From Squalus acanthias (Eukaryota), in contig CM059432.1 in the NCBI GenBank assembly GCA_030390025.1, positions 153,576,001 through 153,640,000 on the forward strand: a stretch of 64,000 nucleotides of DNA, given 5' to 3'. The position numbers were made by a program, and so were the translations under genes. Below the pieces are notes generated by a model, which was given only the letters and a program-made list of their open reading frames with translations, was not told the DNA's origin and ran no database searches. Below are positions 24,208 to 32,705 of this stretch, in pieces (positions within the stretch are counted from its first letter, which is position 1; each line of letters begins with the position of its first letter).

Positions 24208-25203
24208 GGGGGAATTTTAACATGAAAAAATGGGTGGGTTAGGAGCGTGGGGGTAGTTAAAGTTTAAAAAAAAACTAAATCCCGACCCCAAGCCGCCTCC
24301 AACTCGCCCACTTTCAACTTTTACTCAGGCGGGACGGGTTGGCTATTTAAATATTCTAATGAGGCCTGAAGCCTCTGCTTTAACCTGCTGTGCAGGTTTT
24401 ACTGCAGCCGGCCGGGAATCCCGGGCCTTGGGATTCCCAGTAACTGCAGCGAGACAAGCACAGCCTCAGGGAGCAATACCGGGAGGAGCAGGAGTGCTTC
24501 CTCCGGGTCCCGCAAGCTCACCCACCAGCAGCCTGCCCGGCCCCCGGGGTCGGGGACCGGAACCCCCCCCGGGGGATCAGAACTCACCCCCAGGGTCAGA
24601 GATTGGACCCCCGGGGTCGGGAAATCGAACTCCACCCCGGGGTCGGGAAACAGACCCTCCTGGGGATCGGAACTCACCCCCGGGGTCGGGATCGGACCCC
24701 CGGGGTCGGGAAATCGAACTCCACCCCGGGGTCGGGAAATCGAACTCCACCCCGGGGTCGGGAAACAGACCGTCCTGGGGATCGGAACTCACCCCCGGTG
24801 TCGGGGACCGGAACCCCCCCCCCCCTCCCCCCCCCGGGGGATCAGAACTCACCCCCGGGGTCAGAGATTGGACCCCCGGGGTCGGAGATCGAACTCCACC
24901 CCGGGGTCGGGAAACAGACCCTCCTGGGGATCGGAACTCACCCCCGGGGTCGGGGATCGGACGCCCCCGAGGATCGGACCTCCCCCTCCCGCCCCCAGCC
25001 CCTGGACCCCGCACCTACCTTTTGCTGAGGCGTCCTGTTCAGCCAGCGTTCCCCGCCTGTCAATCAGACTGGCTTCCGGGTGGGGAACCATCCCATGACA
25101 TCACACGCACACTGAGCGTGCGGGGAAACCCAGACTTCCGGGTTTCCTGCGGTCTACTTACCCCCCCTGCTCCAGGCAGGTTGGAAACTTCAAAATCCAA
25201 CCC
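24208..25203. mobile_element. Harbinger-type MITE carrying an expanded GC-rich minisatellite, inserted in a tRNA-SINE
   Basis: Ends GGGGGAATTTTAAC / CAAAATCCAACCC; ATA TSD (24205-24207, 25204-25206). Confidence 0.72.
24540..24975. repeat. CpG-rich complex minisatellite built on CCCCGGGGTCGG
   Basis: Directly visible; shuffled sub-units (AAATCGAACTCCA, AAACAGACCCTCCTG, ATCGGAACTCA). Confidence 0.9.
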
Positions 25204-25783
25204 ATAGTGTGGGACTGGAGTCACGTGTAGGCTCACACCAGGTAGATGTGCCACTTAGTGAACTAGTTGGGTTTTTACGACAATCTTGCAACTTTTCAGA
25301 TCAATCTTTCTGGTGCCATAAATTACAGTTTTATTGAATTTGATTTCACAACTTGCTGTGGAGGAATTAAGAACTCACAACCTCTGGTACCACAACTACT
25401 AGGCTACTGTACTCACTCTAAACTATTACTCTTTGTTTAACCAAAAGGCCAACACTTCTTTAACAGTTGAGTCCCGATATTAACTTGGAGCAAGTGGCAA
25501 GCGTGGACCGGTGCAGCGAGTGATAAGCTCGCCTCGGCTCACCCTGGGCCATTTTACCTCCTGGACCGCATTTAAATAGACCAGTCCCAACTCAAGTCGG
25601 GTGACGCGGCAGGGGACTGCACCTGGGAACGTTCCAAGGCACTTATAAAAGTGCGAATAATATTTTACGCTCACAACTGTTTCTGCAATAAGCTCTGAAT
25701 GATCCAAAGTCTCCATAATAGGACAGCTACTTCACTAGAATGTCTATTACAACTCATAACCTATTACTATTACGAACACTAAC

Positions 25784-25881
25784 CTTGCACATAGGACATC
25801 AATAAGTTCTCTTCTATTCTGAACCCGGAGCTTGTTTGTCTTGTATCTGGGCTCTTGGCTTAGTGCAGGTAATGATAAGAT
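25784..25881 (-). CDS. SUGCT: SUGCT internal exon (98 nt): ILSLPALSQEPRYKTNKLRVQNRRELIDVLCA(R)
   Basis: tttctag|ATCTTATCA...GTGCAAG|gttagt. Carries the YKTNxLRVxNRxEL motif of CoA-transferase III/SUGCT. Continues the frame of the 72-nt exon and ends in phase 2. Confidence 0.93.
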
Positions 25882-25984
25882 CTAGAAAGGGACAGTAATG
25901 GTTAACTGAGAAATGTGGATGAAGTTCAGTGCCACCTCCTTTAAATATAACAGCTACATTTTGAGATTAAACTACAAAGCCTAA

Positions 25985-26748
25985 GGGCTGGATTTTGCCA
26001 ATGGGGAGCTTTTGGAGGCGGGACTCCCACTTATCAGGCCTCCAACAGCTTCTGGCCAACCCACGCTATTTTCCCTTGATTGACCTTGTTAAGCCCGCCC
26101 AGCGGGTCTAGCAGGCCAATTAAGGGACAGCCGGTTACAGAGAACGTCAACGTATGACGTTTCATCTGTCAAAAATTTTTGACAGATGAATTGTCATCGT
26201 TTGACAGCTCTGTGACGCTGTAAAACAGTGACATTCTCTGCAGTTTGATGAGGTCTTGAATACAACACCCCATCAAACTTCTTTCTTTTACAGAAATGAG
26301 ATGGTTGTTGCATCTGTGAATGTAACGGCCACCTGTCATTCCCAAAGCGGAGGTCCGAGACTCTCCGCATACACACCAACTGAAGCCTGCAGGAAAACAA
26401 AGGTAAGTACACTTTTAATAACACTTTGCACTTACCTCAGATACTCACCTCTACACTCTTGCACCCATCACTCACCTCCACAGCACACTTTTGCACCACC
26501 CCCCCCCCCCCCCCCGCAGACCCAGTACTCGCCTCGCTGAGCTGGCGGGTTTCGGAGCCTTCGGGAAGCCCGCAGTTGTGAGGGCAAAAAGGGGATAATC
26601 CTATTTTCTGCCTGTTAACTACCCGCCACCTAGGAAGATGGCATGGAGGCGGGTTGGGGATGGGTTGGGCATCTGCCCCCAAATTCTGCCATTTTCCCGG
26701 CAGACCCGCCTCCATACCCGCCTCCCCGGGGCTGGCAAAATCGGCCCC
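25985..26748. mobile_element. Harbinger-type MITE
   Basis: TIR GGGCTGGATTTTGCCA / TGGCAAAATCGGCCCC; TAA TSD on both sides. Confidence 0.82.
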
Positions 26749-26759
26749 TAAATACTACT

Positions 26760-27735
26760 TCAACTGCTTCAATAAAATACAACAAAGCCTTTTGAGTCTC
26801 TTTGATATAACCCAGCCTCTGGTGTAACACATCTCTATGGCTTTCACAAACTCCAACCCATCCAAAGCTCCACTGCCCACACCCTGTATTACACCAAAGT
26901 CCCATTCACCCATCACCATCACTTTCACCAACCTAGTTTTGCCCCTGATCCCCTTGCCATCAAACTCAAAATCCTTGTCCTCATCTACAAAATCCTCCAA
27001 GGCCTTGCCCCTCGCTACCTTTGCTACCTCCTCAAGTTTTATGTGTCCTCTGGTCCGACAATTTTGTCCTTCTATGCATTCCCCCTACCACTGTACCACT
27101 TTCACAGGCAGAGCTTTTAGCCATCTCGGCCATACTCCCTGGAACTACCCCAGTGGTAGCACTTTCATCTCTGGCTCAGAAGGTGGTGGGTTCAAGCCCC
27201 ACTCCAGAGACTTGAAAATATAACCTAGGCTGCTGCTTCAGTGCAGTACTGAGGAATTGCTGCACCGTCAGAGATGTCCTCTTTTGAATGAGGCGTTAAA
27301 CCGTCTGCCCTCTCAGGCGGATGTGAAAGATTCCATCGCACTATTTGAAGCAGGGTGGGGAATTCTCCGTGTGTCCTGGCCAATATTTATCCCTCAGCCA
27401 ATATCACTGAAACAGATTATCTAGTCATTTATCTCATTGCTGTTTGTAGGATCTTATTGTGCGCAAATTACAACAGTGACTGCACTTCAAAAGTAATGAA
27501 TTGGCTGTGAACTGCTTTTGGGCGTCCTGAGGTCGTGAAAGGTGCTATATAATCACCTCCACTGTCCTAACCTCTCTCCCTGTCTTTAAAAGCTGCCTTA
27601 AAGCCTATTTTATCAGTCATGCTCTCAGTCACAACTCCTAACTGTTCCAGCACTGCTTGGCCTCCACCTTCTCCTCTGTGAGGATACTTGTTGTGTTTTC
27701 TATGTTAAAGGTGTCATATAAACACCAGCAGTTGT
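26760..27735 (+). mobile_element. Old L2 3' fragment split by a SINE
   Basis: ctcaaaatccttgtcctcatctacaaaatcctcca...; L2-type tail. Confidence 0.65.
27152..27552 (+). mobile_element. Deu-domain SINE inserted in an L2 fragment
   Basis: Homologous to 16785-17248. Confidence 0.82.
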
Positions 27736-28859
27736 TACTTATTTGTATTTACCTACTACTTTATAAAACTTAAGAAGCGAGTAACTTTGCTGTTTTTCTC
27801 TTCCACAAACCTCTTGTTCTTAGCAATTATAATGTTTTATACTTCACGTTATAATTTTTTAATAATCTACATTATACTTTTTTAAATAATTTACATTGCA
27901 ATTTACATTATAATTGACTTTTTTATAATTTAGGTTATAATTTTTTTACTCCTATGGTGGATTGGCAATTCTGGCAGTTGTGGTTGCACTGGAGCAGGGT
28001 GAAACTACCTTCTGTAGCTCTCTTAGAATTTGTCAGTAGGAGTTGAAACCTGCCAATATCCAGGACTGAGGATTGAAAATGAAGCAGAACTCAGGCCCCA
28101 GATCCCAAGAGAAAGAAGGAGGCTTGTGAGAAAGAACCTTTGTCAAACGTTTCAACCATCTGTGCTTTACACAGTCAGTCGGTGTTTTAGATTTAAATGT
28201 AGGTAGCGTGAACGGATGCGTCAATAGCACCAATTATGTGAGCAGGGGTTGCGGAATTGGGTAATAAGGCTTTAGGCCTCTAACTCGTCTGATTCATAAG
28301 GCATGCAATCTTTGGGGGGTAGGAAACAAATAGGAACATAGTGTTCTTGCACAAAGCAAGTACGAGTTTCAATAAAGCCCTAAATTTAATGGTGATTTAT
28401 GGTAATGATATTCCTGAGCTTTTTGCTAAGAATACTTTGTACATCCATGTAAAATGGGTGCTGCAAGAATGGTGCATTCTGGTCTTTGAGAGTACATTTC
28501 TTAAAGCTGTGTTGTTTCTTGGATTCCTTTTATGGCATTTTTACTGCAGCATTACTTGTGACTTTTTTTAGCTCTTTTATTCCGCAATTTTTTTACTTTA
28601 TTTCTGCCCTTGGCTTCCTATCATAGAATTGCCGGCAGCTGCAATTTCAAGTTGCAGCAACCAAATATCTGAGAACAGCAATTCCTCTGGGTATTCTTTT
28701 TTCACCAAGAGATATGGAAGAGGAAGCAGAGTTTCTGAAGAGTGATTGGAGTAGGTCTGATTACACCAGAGGCAATCCACCCTTAATTGACCTTACCCCA
28801 GAAACTGGGGCTATAAACCTAGGCGGAACTACCTAGCTGCATCAGAGGAGACCTGCCTT

Positions 28860-29265
28860 TTCAATCTAGGCTTCGCAAAGGAGACAGAGACCGAGTTATG
28901 GTGCCTCCTTGAGCCAGACCCTCCGACATCAACCAAAGAGCTGGCTCAACGAAGGTGATAGTAGCTTTGAATTTCTACATCACCAGATCATTCCAAGGCA
29001 CCATCGGTGATGTCGATAACATCAATCAGGTCACAGAATCGTTTGCCAGGGACACCTCTTTCATTATTTTGCCCATGGAAAGGTGAAAGGCACCACAAGA
29101 GGAGACAGGACTTTTACCAGCTGGCAGGTGGAACACTCCAATCTATAGTACAGGGCAACATAGGTGGCACACATGTGTCCATCTGTACCCTACCACCAAC
29201 CCCAATGTGTACATGAACAAAAAGGGGTTTCATTCAACTAATGTGCAGATTGCCTGTGGTCGTAA
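28860..29265 (+). pseudogene. Old Harbinger transposase fragment
   Basis: KVIVALNFYITRSFQGTIGDVDNINQ and NKKGFHSTNVQIACG motifs. Confidence 0.65.
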
Positions 29266-29467
29266 AATTTACCCAAAGGATACATCCTTTTAAATGTAGA
29301 AGACTAACTCACCTGTGGATCTTTAGTGTACTTCCTGTTTCATTCTGGACCAAGCATGGAGGCTATTGTTAGCTTCTGTTGAGAGGGTAGAATCAGGGGG
29401 CATTCACACTACAAGTTCAGTGCTGGTGCAAAGTGGATTTGGCTTTGCATCGACGTTAAACTTGTAT

Positions 29468-29644
29468 GGGGCGATTTTAACTTGCCAGAATCAGCGTAAG
29501 CAGGGTGCGAATGGCCTCAAAATGGGGTTGGTTGACTTACCGCCCCCTTTACACCAATGTTGTACCCACTGCCACTTTTACAGAGGCCTAACACTGGGCA
29601 GATAAAGCGCCTGCCTGTTTCAAAATAGGGGTTAAAATCAACCC
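29468..29644. mobile_element. Short Harbinger-type MITE
   Basis: GGGGCGATTTTAAC / GTTAAAATCAACCC ends; TSD imperfect. Confidence 0.6.
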
Positions 29645-30047
29645 TGTAGAGTGTAAATCAGGTGTGACTGCCTGAACTGACTCTGAAGTGAAGTGGAGTG
29701 AGACGCCCTCCTCCAGAAGAGCCTCACTCCATTTCGTTCTGGTGTTAGATCGGGCCCTGAACCTGGATCCAGGCTGCATTTATATTGCCACTGAACCGTC
29801 GGCATGAAGAGAAACGACTTCATACTGACACCACAGTTATAGCGTGAGTGCACCCTCAGAGGCAGGCTCTGCAACTTGAGACACAAAACTTGCAGAAGCA
29901 AACATTACTCTGACTGGTCAAGAGTGGCTCAGCGAACAATTTCTGACAATTGCAGTTTTACACAGAGGGCACAAACAAAAATGAACTGTTAACTTTACAA
30001 CTTATTCCCAATTATGCACATGCAATTTCAAAGAAAATACAAGTTAC

Positions 30048-30119
30048 CTTGCAAACAGCTGAAAACTGCTGATCATTTCCAGTTCCAACCACAAGGTAGC
30101 CGTCCTTTGTCTCAAAAGC
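30048..30119 (-). CDS. SUGCT: SUGCT internal exon (72 nt): AFETKDGYLVVGTGNDQQFSAVCK
   Basis: Minus strand reads ttgcag|GCTTTTGAG...TGCAAG|gtaact. The peptide closely resembles the vertebrate SUGCT (CoA-transferase family III) segment recalled as AFKTKDGYIVVGAGNNQQFATVCK. Phase 0/0. Confidence 0.93.
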
Positions 30120-30847
30120 CTGCAACGTAGAGAGTTTTAAAAAAGCAGTCAACATATATTTGCAGTAGAAGCAAGGTAATGTGTTTATCTGTTAGCTCTA
30201 ATATTTCGGCAGGATTTACAGCAAACAGTGTATTTCACAGCAAACACAGTCAATTTACAGAGGCTATTTAAAAAGAGTCTCTATGAACTGTAACAAACAG
30301 AACTCATGACCGAAACTGCAGCAACTTCTCCCGATAAAAGCAGGGTGATTTCTCCAGCAACATGCAGTGAGTAGAGGACAGTTACATACAAATTATGTGC
30401 GTAAAATCAGTTCCTGTCACTTACAGCAGTGCAGTCTCCAGGCGTGATTGACGGGGGAATTACCCAATCATTTCTATTCTGGCCAGGAATAACAGTGTCA
30501 CTATATGCAGCCCATAAAGTATCCAGACTATTTAAGGTGATGGTTTAGGGTCATTAATTTGAGTGAGCACCATGCTGTGCTCCCCATGTTAACTGTGCTG
30601 TATTCAGATAGTGAGGGAGTCCCAAATACCACAGAATGGATGAATGTATATGCCAAAGTATATGGCTGGACAAGGAAACTAATGACTTACCTAATATTAA
30701 TATAACATTTTAAAAACACTATATTAAGAACTTATGTATGATTTCAACAATTTGACATAATTTCACACCCTCCTGCAAAAATGCATGCCATGTCAAGCCC
30801 TCCATGAGGAACATTTACAAGCCCTTGGCTGGCTAAAACTTGAAATG

Positions 30848-31086
30848 CAAAAGCAAAATACTGCGGATGCTGGAAATCTGAAATAAAAAATAGAAAATGC
30901 TGGAAATACTCAGCAGGTCAGGCAGCATCTGTGGAGAGAGAGACAAGAATTAACATTTCAGGTCAATGACATTTTGTCAGCCAGTTCTGACAAAATGTCA
31001 TCGACCTGAAACGTTAACTCTTGTCTCTCTCTCCACAGATGCTGCCTGACCTGCTGAGTATTTCCAGCATTTTCTATTTTTTATTT
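30848..31086. mobile_element. Second palindromic Penelope-like mini-insert (different family) with degenerate hammerhead core
   Basis: Arms of ~100 bp around loop CCAGTT (30981-30986); 14-bp TSD TAAAACTTGAAATG (30834-30847, 31087-31100); AGTT-CTGACAA...GAAA-CG-TT-AACT. Confidence 0.78.
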
Positions 31087-31758
31087 TAAAACTTGAAATG
31101 GTCTGAGAGTCTTCTACACTTGTATTGCATTGAAATAAAATTGGAATTTCAAGGAAAAGAGCGGGTTTGGGTACCTGATGACTTAGATTTACCACTCATC
31201 TCATACTGCTGCACTGGGAGGAGGAGCCTTTCTTTCTTTCTCTCTCCCACAGAGCGGTCGGCAGCGGGGAAGGAGGGGCGGACCTGGTTGGAGCAGCAGA
31301 GGCCTGAGGTGAGTCATTAAAGGGAGGCCCGAGGCTCAGGTAGGCCTCAGACCAGCGTCGACAGCGGGGGAGGAGGAGCCTTTCTTTCTTTCTCTCTCCC
31401 ACAGAGCGGTCGGCAGCGGGGAAGGAGGAGCGGACCTGGTTGGAGCGGCAGAGGCCTGAGGTGAGTCATTAAACTCACCTACGTGGCCTTTTTCCCCAGC
31501 GGGGTAAGAGCTTCGAGGGCTTTTTCAAAGGCAGGGGGCGGGGCCAATTTAGTGGTACCCGTATATAGGTGGAGCGGTTGCTAAACCCGAGACACTACAC
31601 TAGTAGTGACTCCCACCCTCCCACCTCCTCTAACCTTTAGGGGTAGAGGGAATTTAAAAGGTAGGTTCGATTTTATATTTTGTTTTCAGGGACTTAACTC
31701 CTGGACCTAAGTTAAATAAGTTTAAATTTTAGTAATAAAGTAACATAAGGGTTAAGTC

Positions 31759-32703
31759 ACGACAGGAAGTCTCGGACCCGTTTCATGCTCCTCCTGTGCC
31801 ATGTGGGAAACCAGGGACACTTCCAGTGTCCCTGACAACTACGTGTGCGGGAAGTGTGTCCAGCTGCAGCTCCTGACAGCCCACATGGCGGTGCTGGAGC
31901 TGCGGGTGGACTCACTCTGGAGCATGCACGATGCCGAGAACACGGTGAATCGCTCATTTAGTGAGTTGTCCACACCGCAGGTAAAGGCTAGGACAGACAG
32001 TGAATGGGTGACGAAGAAGCAGGGCAATATCAGGAAGGTAGTGCAGGAGTCCCCTGTGGTCATCTCCCTCCAAAACAGGTATGCCGCTTTGGATACTGTT
32101 GGGGGAGATGGCCTACCAGGGGAAGGCACTAGCAGCCAGGTTCATGGCACCATGGCTGGCTCTGCTGCACAGCAGGGTGGGAAAAAGAGTGGCAGGGCTA
32201 TAGTGATAGGGGACTCAATTGTAAGGGGAATAGACAGGAGTTTCTGTGGCCGCAACCGAGATTCCAGGATGGTATGTTGCCTCCCTGGTGCAAGGGTCAA
32301 GGATGTCTCGGAGCGGCTGCAGAACATTCTGAAGAGGGAGGGTGAACAGCCAGCTGTCGTGGTGCATGTAGGTACCAACGATATAGGTAAAAAGCGGGAA
32401 GAGGTCCTACAAGCAGAATTTAGGGAGCTAGGAGCTAAATTAAAAAGTAGGACCTCTAAGGTAGTAATCTCTGGATTGCTACCAGGGCCACGTGCTAATC
32501 AGAATAGAGAGAACAGGATAGTGAGATTGAATACGTGGCTTGAGCAGTGGTGCAGGAGGGAGGGATTCAAATTCCTGAGGCATTGGAACCAGTTCTGGGG
32601 GAAGTGGGACCTGTACAAAAGGGACGGTCTGCACTTGGGCAGGACTGGAACCGATGTCCTCGGGGTAATATTTGCTAAAGCAGTTCGGGAGGATTTAAAC
32701 TAA
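31759..32703 (+). CDS. CR1 ORF1p: N-terminal CxxC..CxxC zinc finger, coiled coil, SGNH/GDSL esterase domain
   Basis: ORF track 31801..32703. The in-frame upstream extension from ACG at 31759 adds CSSC, pairing with CGKC. Motifs VIGDSIVRG, HVGTND and DGLHL are typical of the CR1 ORF1 esterase. Confidence 0.9.
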   Translation, partial: TTGSLGPVSCSSCAMWETRDTSSVPDNYVCGKCVQLQLLTAHMAVLELRVDSLWSMHDAENTVNRSFSELSTPQVKARTDSEWVTKKQGNIRKVVQESPVVISLQNRYAALDTVGGDGLPGEGTSSQVHGTMAGSAAQQGGKKSGRAIVIGDSIVRGIDRSFCGRNRDSRMVCCLPGARVKDVSERLQNILKREGEQPAVVVHVGTNDIGKKREEVLQAEFRELGAKLKSRTSKVVISGLLPGPRANQNRENRIVRLNTWLEQWCRREGFKFLRHWNQFWGKWDLYKRDGLHLGRTGTDVLGVIFAKAVREDLN

Positions 32704-32705
32704 TA

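Noticed and set aside
24540..24975. CRISPR-like repeat/spacer array
   Set aside because: The spacers are themselves repeated, the DNA is eukaryotic, and there are no cas genes.
24359..25207. 282-aa Pro/Gly-rich ORF and overlapping ORFs
   Set aside because: Arise from the GC-rich minisatellite in a MITE.
31560..31660. HDV-like ribozyme in the CR1 5' UTR
   Set aside because: Could not build the nested double pseudoknot by eye; only a simple hairpin is supported.
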